This document shows, piece by piece, positions 1 through 14,400 of a DNA stretch of 64,000 nucleotides. Each line of letters starts with the position of its first letter. Positions within the stretch are counted from its first letter, which is position 1. Position numbers and translations under genes: made by a program. Below the pieces are notes generated by a model. The model worked only from the letters and a program-made list of their open reading frames with translations. It had not been told where the DNA came from and ran no database searches. The DNA is from Chrysomallon squamiferum. Its lineage: Eukaryota; Animalia; Mollusca. Where the stretch lies: positions 33,170,001-33,234,000 of the forward strand of contig CM022670.1 in the NCBI GenBank assembly GCA_012295275.1, given 5' to 3'.

Positions 1-1086
1 GAAGCAACAGTCTCATATTATGATTAGATTTCAGTACAGCTGGTTAATTTTTTTAAAGAATAAATGAGAATTAGTAATAATAAAAAACCGAAAAAAAACG
101 AAGAAATCTAACAAAACTTGCACAAATGCCAGAAATGTAATCTCTTGTTTTATAAATAGAAATGTCAGAAGTAGGTCGAAGAAAAACACTCATAATTATT
201 ACAAATCTGTATAACCGTAATCTCTAGGTATTTAGAATTAACCCACAAACGAAAATTGCTGATACTTTTACATTTCGAATTCGTTTCCAGGCTTAAAAAT
301 AGAAGACTAATTTTCTCTGTATTAAAACTTTTGTCTCTCTGACTCTCTCTCCCTTTTCTCATCTATTCTTGATCCAACATTCCCATTCTTTCTGAAACAC
401 ATGCATACAAGACACAGGTATAAAAAAAAAACTGTCGGATCCCTTGAACCATTCCTAAATATCAGTACAACAGTAACATATTTCAACAAGATCACGGCAT
501 TTAGAGATAAACGTCTGAAATGGTAGTCCAGTAAGTAGTTTTTATGAGACATCTGGATCACGCCTGTCTATTTATTTCAATAATGAAGCACTAAACCTAA
601 TCGTGTCTTTTACACATTGGGAAAAAACGAATCTAATGGCGAGAAACTGGAATCTCCAGTTCACATTTACGACGTGTTAATGTTCCAAGTTCCGTGATGT
701 AATTACCATAATGGCGATATGAAATAGCCAAGCTACACGGAAACCACGATTATGGACACGTCTTTGTGTATTTTTAATTCAGGCTCTGAAAACTTTATCT
801 TAATACAAACAGAATACAAATTTGCCTTTTCAACCCACGCGTGTGTCCATAGAAATAGGTGTTAAAGTTTCGTAAATAATTTATTCCTTCCTGTTGACGA
901 TATCTGTACATTTTTACTAAGATAAAACACGAATAATATTTGTTTTAATATGCTTGTATATATCCAGAGCTTACATGCATGCATACATACTCGCGTAGAT
1001 ATATATGTACACCCATTCACAAAACATACATATAAACGCACATAAATATTGTAGACCGCATTAAAACACAGCTGTATATATGTTTA

Positions 1087-1124
<38 letters not shown>

Positions 1125-3240
1125 GTATGTGTGTATATGAATATATATGTATATATAAACTCTTGAGAATTAATTATATTTCTCTTATATTCCTACATAA
1201 GCTTGTAGAATTTCCACTTCCTGTGAAGCAAGAGAATTTTAATTATACTTTATTTTTCATGTGAAGCTTTATCCATTGCTCTGTACCACATAAGCTCAGG
1301 AGAACTAATTATATATCGCTGAAGTTTCAATAAGCTCTCTAGATAGCTATTTGTGGCCTATTCGTTTGCTAATCCTGTGTTTTGCTTTGTAAGTTTATCC
1401 ATCATAAAATGAAATACGGTAATATTCCCCAATGTTAAGATAATAGACGAAAGACAGAGCTTGTATGGGAGCCACAGGTGAGTATGTAAAGCGCAGCAAT
1501 AAATTAACTGTTACTGGAACCAAACTGCACTGGCGGGTGTATTTATCATCAAAGGGGAGATGATTCAAACGATTTAGACACTGGTGAATGTTATCATCGG
1601 TATATTTTTCCACCTTTTCTTTCTTCTGTTAAGCAGTATTCCAAAGAAATGTAGCTACATCAGAATAATCATTATCGCAATATCACTTTATACTGATGTA
1701 GGGATATTTAAAAAATTAAAAGAAACGAATAACGAGAGTAAATAAGTAAATAAATAATATTAACTGTTACATTAGTCTCGCCTGCTGGATATAGTTAACA
1801 TAACCATAAATCACTGACTCTACTTCTGAATGTAATCAAAAGGCTACGTTCGAATTAATGTAAGGTTATGCATTATATATGTAATCGATATTAAGCTGCA
1901 AATATAATTTGATATAAGCAATGATAATGACGAAATCTTGTTCGAAATTCTTTGATGTTTTTAACCGTAACAAAATAATTCTACACGTAAAAATCATTTC
2001 ATTCGTGTACCTTAACTAACACTGCCGTCGTGTTTGGAACAAGCTTGTCTTTATTAGGGTTAGAGACTTCAAAGCGTTTTGGAGAATGTCAATTAATTAT
2101 TTTCGTGCTTCATCCTATTAACTGATGCAGAATGTGACCCGAGGTTGCTGTCACCATTAGCATCAACAACCTTTTATTTAACACGTATCTCTGATATACA
2201 CACACGATAGAGTCTACTGGGACGGAAAATAACAATCACTCTATGACATGCGCATTGCACTGTTGTTGATGTATTGATGTATCAGACATGGCAGTTACAA
2301 CGTCGTTTTGCTACAAAAATATTATTAACTTCTTCTTTTTCTCGTTTTTCACAATTTAACTGCAAAGATTATTTTATATTTTATATGTATATTACTGCTG
2401 TATAATAACGGTATTTTTTTATTTTTAAAAAGCACTAAAATGTTACCATTGTTTGATAACAAACCAACAGAATTCTTTATCGTAAATCAAGACTATATGC
2501 ACATATTCAGTTTGTTAATTAATAACTGTTAAAAAGATGTTTTTATTTTTTTTTTTTTTTTATTATTATTGTTGTTGTTGTTATTATTATGATTATGATT
2601 ATGATTATTATTATTATTATTATTTGTAAGTACGCCTTAAAATAATGTTGGAAATGAATTTTCATAAAAGGAAAACAATCAGACGTTTTCATGCAGAAAT
2701 TTGTGCGTGAACTAAAATATGATTTCATTGATCATAAAATGAAAAAAAAAAAAAAATAATAATAATAATAATAATAAAAAAAATAGTAGTAATAAAAGAT
2801 AAATAATAAAATAAATAAGATTAAAAATAATTTTTGAAAAGGAAATGTTTTGATGATTGATAGCTATATATATGTAACTGTTTTTATTATCAGTGCACTG
2901 AAATGCATCTTAAATGATGTGTTATTTTAAAAGATGTTAGTGTGACTGAACATCCATCTATAATATATATATATATTTTTTAATTACAGAAATAATCTGT
3001 TAGTAGTACATTTCAAACAATGGTTTAGAAAGATTTATTTAATAAAATCATATATATATATATGTATATGTATATGTGTGTATATATATGTATATATGTA
3101 TGTGTATATATGTATATATATGTATATACATAATGTATTGTATTTTTGACCTTTCATATTCATTCATTATATACAAAAGAAGACGCATGAGTATACGTAT
3201 TTGATTCATTATCAAGGCTCCGTTAGGTGACTGCATATGC

Positions 3241-3411
3241 CTATGGGACAATTGTGATCATATCGTAAATGAGGTTTGGCGCGTTCTTATTATTTCGAGT
3301 GATCTGATTGAAATTTCTCATGACATCGAACATGACATTCCTTTCCGTGGAATCACTGGGTGCAGATGGAATTTGGCGTACAATTTCTGTGGCTTGGGGG
3401 ATAAAATCCAT
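3241..3411 (-). CDS. Candidate 56-aa small ORF (MDFIPQATEIVRQIPSAPSDSTERNVMFDVMRNFNQITRNNKNAPNLIYDMITIVP)
   Basis: GC-richer island with many C-ending codons, lying downstream of a minus-strand acceptor at 3522. No recognised homology. Confidence 0.3.
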   Translation of the reverse strand: MDFIPQATEIVRQIPSAPSDSTERNVMFDVMRNFNQITRNNKNAPNLIYDMITIVP

Positions 3412-5368
3412 CGATCACTTCAATCATAGCTTAACTGATTGTATTAACACACATGTATGCCGATCTTCTGTGCTATTGAAAGCGGACGACCATTACTGCC
3501 AATGCTGTGGAAATTATTCCGCTGTATGATGAACAGAAATTAAAAGCAGTTGATAAATAATGAAAAGAACGACACACCAGTGATCTTTTAAGAGTCTGAA
3601 GTGCAGCTGTACTGAGTGGTTGTGTAATTTAAAAAAAAAAGAGAGAAAGAGAGAGAGAGAAAAAAATTCTTTTATACAGCTTTAAGTACTGTTCTGTTAC
3701 TGCTATTTAAACTTTATTGGAGGTTTTGGGGGTTTTTTTTGTCAGTTTTGTTGTTGTTTTGTTTTTATCTCAAGTTCCTTTTATCTCTTTTTTTTTTCAG
3801 CCGATTTCTTTAAATGCACTGTTAAAATTTGTTTTATTGCTTAGTGTCATTTATTACTATACCGTGCTAAAATAGTGAGTCATTTTTCAAAATAGCTATG
3901 TTTTTAACTGTAGTTAGCCTTCAGTGACACGCTTGATTTATCATTTATTTCTTTTTAAAATATCGTATCTTTCAGAAAACAATTTAAACTGTCTTATAGG
4001 TAACTAAGCACTGACAAATACTGAAAGAGATTTTTTTTTGAAAATCTGCATTGCTAATAAATAGTCTTTAGGCAGCCACGTATGTTTATTATACCCGACG
4101 ATGAAGATTGTGTTTGGATTTAAATTTTGCACTGTATAATAAAGCCACTGAACTCTGTCTTCATGTTTTAAAACCTACTGAGATAATAAATTGTGAGCAT
4201 TCGTTTTTTCCCGAAGATCTGCTGAGGAGGAATCAGTACAGTATTCTAAGGTGTTTTCAATGGGAACTGATAAAGCATTTTAAGGTGATCTTCCTTAGTG
4301 ACCATCATAGCTGCAGAAAATGGCGATACCTGAAACAGTCTTAAAAAGTTCATCATTAGTCGGTACAGAGTGGATGCAACAACAAAACTTTGTATAACCC
4401 CATTTAAAGTACACTAACATGTAACAAAAAAAAAAGAACAACAACAAAGAACATAATGTTCGATAAATGTTAACACATACAATGCATGTCTAACCGTTTT
4501 AAAATTTTAGAATTAATTCATTTTATTTTATTCTTTGCAGACAACAGAGAAGAAACGCGACTGGAAAGACTCCATGCTGCGTCATCTGTAGTCTGACGTC
4601 TCTAACCCTCTATTCGACTATGATCCTCTTCATCTGCTGCCTTGACATCATGACAAACGATCACTGGACTTGAGTGACCACGGGTCATGCTTCTTACCTG
4701 TGGTAATACTTTTTGAAAAGTCTTGGCAACTTTGGGGTCGTTTTGACATACAACCGGACGTATGTGAATTCAGTTGCAACATGGTTACTGTTGTATTGTG
4801 ACTCTCTGTAAAATGGTTGAGGTTTTTTTTTTATTATTATTATTATTATTTCTTCTTAAAAATCCGCCATAAGGAGTAGGGAGATCGACGCAGATTTTGT
4901 GTTTCGTGTTTGTAGTATCAGTGTCAGAAAAAGTATACTTATATACATATACATATATATATTTTTCGTTTCGAAACGACAGGTAATTGATTATCACTGG
5001 CAGATATGGGTATTTATTTTTACCTGTATAATTTTTTTCGCATCGGCTAAGTAAACCTTTTTATGATTTTATATTTATTTAAATAATTCTTTACTGGAGT
5101 TTAGTAAATATATATTACTTTGTCTTTTTTTAGTATTTATTTTATTTCTAGATTTGCAGTCCTTTTTTTTTCTTCTGATATTAAACAACTCATAATCGAA
5201 ATGTCCCGGACTTTTTTTTAGTTTCTTCTCGTTTAAATTTTAATTTAAATACATTGTAAGTATATATATATCAATATTTAGCTTAATATAATTTTAAGCA
5301 TTAAATAATAATATAAACAGTAACAACAATAACAAAAATAAGCACAACAAGAACAGCAGCAGCAGCAG

Positions 5369-5399
<31 letters not shown>

Positions 5400-5495
5400 A
5401 ATAATAATAATAATAAAGTGTTATGAAGCAAAATAAAAATGAAAACAGATTTTTCATCAGTGTTTATTTTGTAAATCGGAATATGTTCTAAACAA

Positions 5496-5770
5496 TTTAA
5501 AATATCTGTATTTTACTTTTAAATTACGTTTTCACATATTAATATATGACGAGAAATCCTCTTTCTGTGATCGAATTCTTACGATAACACCATTCTAGAT
5601 GCATTAAGTAATTCATAGATTATGTATTATTTTCTTATATTTAAAAATGTTGGTGTCGTTTTACTTTTAAATATCGTTTTCACATATTAATATATAATGA
5701 AAAATCATCTATGACCGAGTTTATACGTAAACACTATTTTGGGTGCATTAAACAATTCGTGAATTACATA
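5496..5770. repeat. Tandem duplication, about 148-bp period
   Basis: ttttacttttaaat..cgttttcacatattaatatat...aacac.att.t.g.tgcattaa at 5511 and 5659. Confidence 0.8.
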
Positions 5771-6896
5771 TATATATATATAACAATGAAATAATATCTA
5801 ACAATGCAGCTGTCTCTCTTTCGTAACTTCGTAATCAAGGCAGAAAATTTGTTTTTCAACGAATTTATTTGATAACAAATGTATTAGCTGTAAACTTGGC
5901 AATTCAGATCTTTCATTTCCTTCTTCGACGTATATTTCCCGGATTTATTCAGTCTCTGCAAGCAGGGCGACCTTTTACTGACATGCATTTAATTGGTAAT
6001 TATCAATCTTCGACCATGCCCTTTCTTCGCTGTTATCCGTTATCACTTAACCATCTATTGACTGTTAGTTTATTAGCTTATTGGTGTGCAGGTGACGACT
6101 GGAACACCGAGGGTTAGACCTGGTTGGATGCTCACATGACGGTGGAATTACAGTAAAGGAAGAAACATTTTGCTTCTGTGGAGGAGTTGAGTGATAATTG
6201 AATTGGAAAGCATTAGATTGATGCCTGTGTTCATTTGATAAAAGAACTGACAGAGTGGAATGGATTCAGTTTATCATATATTTAACTCCGCGGAGATATT
6301 TCCTTCTTATTTAGATTGTTTATGCAAATTTATGTAAATTGTTCTGTTGGAGTTTTATGCATATTTATGTAAATTTACACCAAAAGCTTAGATCCTTTTA
6401 TTATTGTTGTTGTTATTATTATTAAAACTATTTGTTTTAATTCTAAAATAATAATAAAATAATATTAAAATTTAAAGTTTTATAGAATAGTATTAAAATC
6501 CAAGGGGAATAACTCATACGGTCTATAATATTTTATCACATTAAAAAATTATTTCGCTTTCAAATATCTTTTTTCGATAGTTTTTAAATAGTATTATTAT
6601 TTTTTACCATTTGCATAATAATTCGGCGAGGTTAATATTTAATTTGGTCAAGTAATATATTCTAGTTAAGTATTTGTATTTTCATAAGATGAATCCTTTA
6701 ACTTTCCAGATTGTTTTACGATTCCGTCAAAATAATGAAATTCAATAGCATTTTCATTTATTAAATCTATAACGTAAAAGATATATTTTAAAGTAATTAA
6801 TATGTTTTATTTTGATATAACTTTGAAAAAAGATAAATGAAAAGAAAAACAAAAATCAGGTTTCTTTAAAAATTAAAAACAAATGTTTGTATATTA

Positions 6897-6927
<31 letters not shown>

Positions 6928-6956
6928 CCCCATCATTTTGCTATGATTAGTGTCTG

Positions 6957-7006
<50 letters not shown>

Positions 7007-7607
7007 GCATTTCAAACAATAGAGATAAGTAATTATTTTGTCAGTGTACTATGTATTCAATTTGTTTGCTGAATTTTAATCCTATAAACAACATTATTAT
7101 TCTAGGTAGTAGCTTTTTGCTACCAAACTTTGGTAATGATGTTGCATGGAAAAACATTAATATTTTAATGTGATTTGTGTTTGTGAATTTCAAATAAAGG
7201 AACAAAATTCAACATTTGGACAGGTGTCATTTATTATTACTTATTATTATTATTAATATTATTATTATTATTATTTATTTGTCTTTTTAAAGTTTTTGTT
7301 TGTTTTAATTTTGTGTCTGTTGATATGTACATGTGTGCATATATCTGCGAGTGACAGCATGTGTGCACGTGTTTTAACTGAGATTGAATCAAGAAGAAAA
7401 TAATTGTTTTAAAATGGCTGAATTATTAAAAAAAAAAAAATGTGTTAATAGTAACAGAGAGAGAAATAGAAAGAAAAAAAACCTGTATGTTAATAACAGA
7501 ACACATTGTTTATATTTTTAAAAATCCATTTTCGTTAATAACTGTTTTGAAAGGTCTTTTTTATTACCTACAACTGGAAGTGTAAACATGATTAGATACA
7601 AGACACC

Positions 7608-7646
<39 letters not shown>

Positions 7647-8026
7647 AACACCTTTATAAGTCTTTTTTGCCTTCTTTATCATCTGTTTTAAAGTAAAATA
7701 ACAATCAGTGTTCACTTCAATAACATTTTTCATCGTGTTAATACATTTTAAATAGCAGTGTGATCAGGGATATTTGTTATTAATACAGGTATTTTCAATC
7801 ATAATTATCCGTTTTCGCGACTGTAGAATTTAAAAAAAAAAAAAAAAAAAAAAAGAAAGTGCTAAATAAATAAATAAACAAATAAATAAATTGGTAGACT
7901 AAGTGAGAGACACTATTTTATTAACAAGTATTATTCGCGTGAAAGAAAACAGTGATTTGGAAGAATAAAAAAAGCTTTATGTACTTACACTAAAAACATT
8001 CTAAACTGATACTCTTTTCTACATGA

Positions 8027-8082
<56 letters not shown>

Positions 8083-10459
8083 AGATTGCGCAGTTTTACA
8101 TTAGACTGGTATTACCGTAGGCCATTTATTACGAATATCCAGGAATAGCAACGAAATAGGTTTGAAATATTTTAATGAGAAACGATCTTATGACGGTTTG
8201 AAAGGTTTGTTTGCTAACAGAACTGTCAAAAATCTTTTTTATGCGAAAACAGTAAAGTTTCTTTAACCAAATAAAAAGGGAAAGAAGAAGGTTAATGTGT
8301 TTGTGAAATATCTAAGTGAAAAGAAAATTTAGTTTTTACGTTCAATCCTGGTCCCACTGAAAGTTTTTAAGATCTGTATAAATGTGCTTTGCATATTGAT
8401 TCCGATATGAAACTTCAGTGATTAATTAATTAGATTTTGTTTCATCATAAGGATTGCATAAACATCGTTATCGAACATTTTTAAATACATGACAAATTAA
8501 GATATACCATAGCTGTTCATATCTCTAAACCTATCGTTAACAGAACGGTTTAAAGATTTATTATTCTACAGAGTCTGAATCCACAGATATTTTAAAGAAT
8601 GATGTACCTGATGCTAGAGTTAACTGTAAAAAACAACGGATATTAGCAGAATCAGTTATGTTAATAATGCCACACAAACTTTTATACAAGATTAGGCCTA
8701 TACTTCAACAAGTTCGTTAGATCAGGTACAAAATTTTATTAAATTAATATACTATTTACTTTAATGTAATACTGAAATAAACTATGCCCATTTTACTTAT
8801 TAAATCATAAAATATCTGCTCTTGTCAACACTATCTTAAATAAAGAATGAGATAATAACTTATTGTTCAGTTGCCACGATTGTTCCATAACTGTGTCAAA
8901 GTCCATTTGCTGATTTGGAAAATTTCTTCTAACATTCTAAATATGGGATAGCTATGAGTATGGCTATCAGTTAGACAGCAACTGTCAAATGAATTTTTAT
9001 GTCAAATTATTAGATTAGTTAGATTCAGAAACATAATCTGAATACATAAAGTTTAAGTAGCAGTAACAATAGTTGCAGCAGTTGTAATAGTACTAGTAAT
9101 AGTGGTGGTGGTGATGGTGGCGGTAGTAGTCATTAGACATGTAGCAAAACAAGAACATTAATTTTAATGTCATATAAATTATATTTCCATAAAACTTGAA
9201 ATGTGTTATTTTTTTTTTTATTTATTTCTTCTTTTTTTTTAAATCTTTGTTTTTTCTTCATTTTTTATTTTTCAAAATTTTTAATTTTAATTTTTTTTTT
9301 TTTTTTTTTATGAAACACTGATTACCCTTTTACAGCTTCAGAAATCGTAACATCCAATGTGCGACCCAAGAAACCTTACCGTATTATTCGCAATATATGT
9401 TGGTAGTATGAATGGACAAACGTTTATTATTTTTACGACCCGGTAGCTTCTGCAAATCATGAAGAAAAGAAAAGCAATATTTATTTAACCAGATGCCTAT
9501 AGTTACTAGGTGTCAAATACCTGTAAAATGTTCCGGATGTGCAGCAGGTCGAACCGAAAGGGCAGCCGCAATGTTATAAACACCTGTCTCGGAAGTGTTT
9601 TCCTTATTTCTTGGAATTTAGGAAATAAGAAAAATAAAATAATAGTTATCTAGGCTTTCTTTTTCTTTTCGTTTTAATGTTACCATTGCTACTGGTGATA
9701 AAATATTACTACTACTACTACTCTTAACAATACTAATAGTTGTACTGTTACTATTACTAATATTACTACTAAAATCACTACTACTACTATTGCTTCTATT
9801 ACTTATACATGTTGTTGTCGTTATCAGTTTCCCCCAGTATAACTAACAGAATAAATGAAGTATATAACGTTACAATTTGCAGTGTTTCACTTACTATCTA
9901 GATTATTTTCATTTTTGAAGTGTCCGACTGTTGTACAGTAATATTTTATCCCTTTAGTTTTTCCTCAAACAATATTTAATTTTTGCGTTTTTGTTTCGTT
10001 TGGTGAGAACTAATACAGTACCTCAGAGGATTAAAATACTTTGCCTCCCCTTGGGGACATTTCAAGTTGTAATGATGTAGGTATAATAAAATAATTTAAA
10101 CATAGTCACATAATCCCTTGGGCACATGTCTGATTTGTTTGTTGGATAATATTGATGTTATGGACGTAATAATACAACTGTAGTTTAGATTAAAGTAGTA
10201 TGACAAACTATGTGACATATACATTTGGTTTATGTATTTATTTATTGCCTATTTCAATTTTCATTAGCAGCATATAAAAAAATATTCAGTAAAACTGATG
10301 ACAAGATGTACACCTAAATTGCATTCATTTGTTCGTTGTGACAGAAATAATATAGTAAAATGAAAAAGTATTGGAGATAACTAAAACTGCGTGACAGTAC
10401 CTAATTTCTTCAACAGAACTTGAACAATAACTATCGATATTTGTCAAACTTCAAATTCG

Positions 10460-10550
10460 TCTATCCTTTGTTGTGCCCCTTAGCCCTTTCGAACATTAAG
10501 AGTTATCTCACCTCAAACGTCTTCAGCCAAGAGAGGTCGTTAATAGGAAT
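10460..10550 (+). other. Candidate non-coding first exon for the EFCAB14 1a isoform
   Basis: GC-richer segment ending in a donor AAT|gtgagt at 10550, upstream of the 10809 acceptor. The 5' end is approximate. Confidence 0.4.
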
Positions 10551-10854
10551 GTGAGTAATCATTATTTTATAAATAAAAATCGTATTTTGAGACATTGCTT
10601 GGGACATTATATGTATGTTTTCGATTATTGACTCTTACACATATACACACTAATTTAATAAGTTGAAAAAATTCGAAATTGTTTAACATTAAGAACCTTG
10701 GTTAGTACAGAACTCAGTGAAATGGTCCCTATTGTATAAAACTTTATTAACTTTTGAGGAAGTGTTTACGTGTTATAGATGACTGCAACAAATAGTTGAT
10801 GTTTTACAGACGAAATAGAGATATATTACTCTGATAAAACTGCAAGTTAGTGGG

Positions 10855-10958
10855 ATGTCGACCAGTAACCAGGACTACATGAATCTGTTATATTCCGATT
10901 CGGAGAGTGAACCTCCAGATCTAAAACTTCCACCACTCAAAGGAAAGAAACCAAGAAA
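10855..10958 (+). CDS. EFCAB14: EFCAB14-like alternative first coding exon 1a (MSTSNQDYMNLLYSDSESEPPDLKLPPLKGKKPRK)
   Basis: Acceptor ttttacag at 10809, ATG at 10855, donor AA|gtaagt at 10958 in phase 2, the same as exon 1b. Shares an LL..SDS acidic motif and a basic end with exon 1b. Confidence 0.7.
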
Positions 10959-12982
10959 GTAAGTGGAACATTAATTATTAACATTAAAAATATAATTCTG
11001 TTTCGGGTCGGGCAAATTAGTTCATGAATGCATTGTTTTTCCCCTGTGTAGATAAATAGCACTATTGCTAAAAACTTTAAGACTTATTTATGATGGAGAT
11101 AAAAGTATTGATTTTCAGAGGCACTAGAGGGGTTGATCGAAATGTTGGTATTCAATAAAGCATCAAATTGTTATGGCATTAAATTAATAACATATTAATA
11201 ATGTTCACAGAAAGAAATTCATCACAAATAATGAAAAATTAAAAAGGTAACTGCTTAACACCTAAACAAATTTTCTGATTTGTACTGAAACGACGGTAAT
11301 TTGAGTAAAGAATCCAGTCACGAGTTAAAAATTAGACATGTACCAACTGATTTTATAATGACACGAATTAGTCTAAAGATTAGGTCGGATATAAAATACG
11401 GACTTATCATAATATATCACATTAGTCCATGAATGTAATTACAGTCTAGAAAATAATTAATGAAAACATTTTCTTCTTCTTTCGAACATGTAAGTTGTTA
11501 AGCACAAATCATCAGGAAATTGCGACATAAAATGTTTTACCATCTTTATGTGCCAACCCTAAATACATTATATTAAAAACGTTGAAGCCCAGTGTTGCAA
11601 GAACCAAAATGTATATGCAAATTAATGGCCTTACAGCAATAAGCTTTAATTTTCTACATAGGCCTGTATATTAATTTTCGTAGGATAATACATATATAGA
11701 AAATTAAAGTGAAACATTCACACGGATATCTCTTTACAAAATCAGAAATATTTTCCAGATACATGTATTCCATCGTTTGTTTTATTAACAATTGAGTTAT
11801 TTTTATAGTTTTATGCTGATTGTTTTGCCAATGTATATATTTTACACAGATAAACAGTCTATTAAATAATAGTGCAGATATTTGATACAATGTCATACAC
11901 ATCAATTGTAAATTTGTTTTATAATTTGAAATATATAGATAATCGATTAATTAAAACTTATGTAGATTACGTTTATGACTGAAAATACAAAATATTTTCC
12001 CCGACATAACGCATGGTTAAATCATCAAGTATCTATATTTAGAAACAGTCGAAGTATTTATGACGCACCCTAAAATTTTGTAAAGCGTCCAGCTATTTTT
12101 TCTTTCTTTACTCAGTATGCACTTGAAATTACACTGATTACATTAGATAATTCTTTTCTTGTTTTTTTTTTTTTTTTTTTTTTTTTTACGAATCAAAAGG
12201 ATTTCATGCTGAGTGAGTCTAATTTTTTTCACGTGGACAAATTTCAAGTATTTTTAGTACTAGTAGCTGTGTCAATTTTTATAGTATTAATTTCCTTTTT
12301 GTTTTAGTATTAGTATTTAGTGTTACGTGCGCTGAACCACACACTAAAAATAAAGCATAAAAGTAACAACAATGATAACTGAATATATGATATGTTAAAA
12401 AAAAAGATAAAAATATAAAAAAAAAAAAAAAATAATAATAATAAAAATAAAATAAAATAAACAAAATAAATAATAAAATAAAATAATATATGCATGCATG
12501 CACATACATAAATTAATATATATTTATAATTATGCAATTCGTATATAGATACATACATACATACAGTAATATATATTTATAATTATGCAGGTCTTCAAAA
12601 AGTAGACAAGTATGAAGATATAGTTTTGCACTGATATAGTCTGATAACATTGTGATGAATATGTAAATTTATGTTACACTTTAAACAGCAAGGGGTAATT
12701 ACTGCTGGTTTTCATGGCGCTCTGTTGTCACGCCGAGAAGTCAATAAAACTATGAAATCGTCCACATAGTTTATTGTCTTAAAGAGAAACAAGACGGAGA
12801 AAAGCACTTTGTGTGAGGGAAAGTATATTTAATCCAGACCAAGTCTTCACTGACGTCAAACAGTTAAAATTTCAATTAATTTAATTGAAATTCTAGAAGT
12901 CCATGAATGTACAATTTGCAGAGGAATTGGACGTATCTTCGATATCGCTCTTCAGATTATCACTTTTCGATTGGCTATACAT

Positions 12983-13016
<34 letters not shown>

Positions 13017-13203
13017 CCATAAAGGGTTTTAATTATTTGTGTGCATTGTCTGTAAATTTGTATGCTGTATATGTAGTTAAAATAATTCGCGCATCTTTAC
13101 TAACTTCCAAATCATAATATTTTGCCGTTCCAGGCAAAAAATAAAACAAAAAACAAACAAACAAACAATCAAAGAAAGGAAGAACTGTTCTCATGCTTCA
13201 TTC

Positions 13204-13267
<64 letters not shown>

Positions 13268-13403
13268 CACTACATTTAGATTATATATATTGTTCCCCCG
13301 TCCGGTGGATTAAATTTTAGACTTTCATGTCAGAAGTAAATAATATTCTATTTTTCTCTGTTTTATGTTCTTTATATTCTTTTTTCACTGACTTGTATTT
13401 CAG

Positions 13404-13573
13404 AAAGAAAAATGCTTACAGAGCAGTCGACGTCGACGCAAGCGTCTGCTCATGGATTACATTCTTAAAAGTTGTCGTCTTTATAGTTGTCATAGCAACA
13501 TTGGTTGGTCTTAGTATCGTCTGCTATTGGTTACTGCAACAGGTTCATGTCCTGACGGTTCGTCTGGATAAAG
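13404..13573 (+). CDS. EFCAB14: EFCAB14-like alternative exon 2a encoding a transmembrane helix (KKNAYRAVDVDASVCSWITFLKVVVFIVVIATLVGLSIVCYWLLQQVHVLTVRLDK)
   Basis: Acceptor tatttcag at 13403 and donor AAG|gtacag. Phase 2 in and phase 1 out, the same as exon 2b, and it joins exon 3 (18255) in frame. Confidence 0.72.
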
Positions 13574-14223
13574 GTACAGTTTTCCTCGTTTTTTTTCTTC
13601 GTTTTTTTTAATCTTCTTCCGATGCATTAATTCATCTATTTTATTGCAGACACGATAAAATTCGTTCGAAATTGTACTTTTTTTCAGCCGCTTTCGTCAT
13701 CAGTGTTATTTTTAAAAGTGGATATCATGGGGAAGTTCGAAAAAATAACAAAACAAAAATAAACTATGATCTAGTTAATGTTTTATAAACGCTCTGAACT
13801 CTACCAATTTTTATTATTTCGCATAACAAAGGTAGTTAAAATCATCACAGCTTATTGAAATGTTCACATAAGCACGGAAATCTTTCATACGCTGAGACGA
13901 TTGCTGTAACTAAGCAGAAATAACGTCAGCGCCCAAGGGAGCCGTTTGAGATCCACAGTCGTCAATTGTTCTGAATAAACATTAGCATCTACGCACTTTA
14001 GATGTCTTACGTTAACGTGCTAGGTCATAAATAATAATTGTTTACAATGCACGAAGAAATGCTGGCGTGACGAAAATCCACCGTGTAGGAGAAGATATAA
14101 AAACAGCGCTATTAAACTGATTAACCATCACTGGTGTTAGAGATAAATCATCTACAACGATTTATTTAAAAAGAAAAGAAAAGAAAAAAAAAGAAAGAAA
14201 GAAAGAAAGAAAAGCAACAGTAA

Positions 14224-14400
14224 ATTAATGTTTAATGACACCTCAAAGCATTTTAATAGTGACGGTTAACAGGTATCATTCATTTTGTTGTGTAATGGAG
14301 TAATGTTACGGATTAGCTGCAAGGGATATTTTGTGTATACCTTCCCACTGACTGGTTAACACAATATTTAATAAACCAGTCGTGTTCTACTGTCTGTTAG
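14224..14400. mobile_element. Decayed SINE-like dispersed repeat fragment
   Basis: tgtttaatgacacc...gcaagggatatttt...ttcccactgac...ccagtcgtg resembles a recalled gastropod SINE-like family and abuts an (AAAG)n tract. Not database-verified. Confidence 0.45.

Noticed and set aside
2124-2166. Hairpin tgatgc...gcatca as a pre-miRNA
   Set aside because: The stem is too short and bulged, and I recognise no mature miRNA.
4541-4800. Neuropeptide precursor reading (KKR and KR sites) of the 4541 block
   Set aside because: The frame is interrupted by two stops and no signal-peptide exon is visible.
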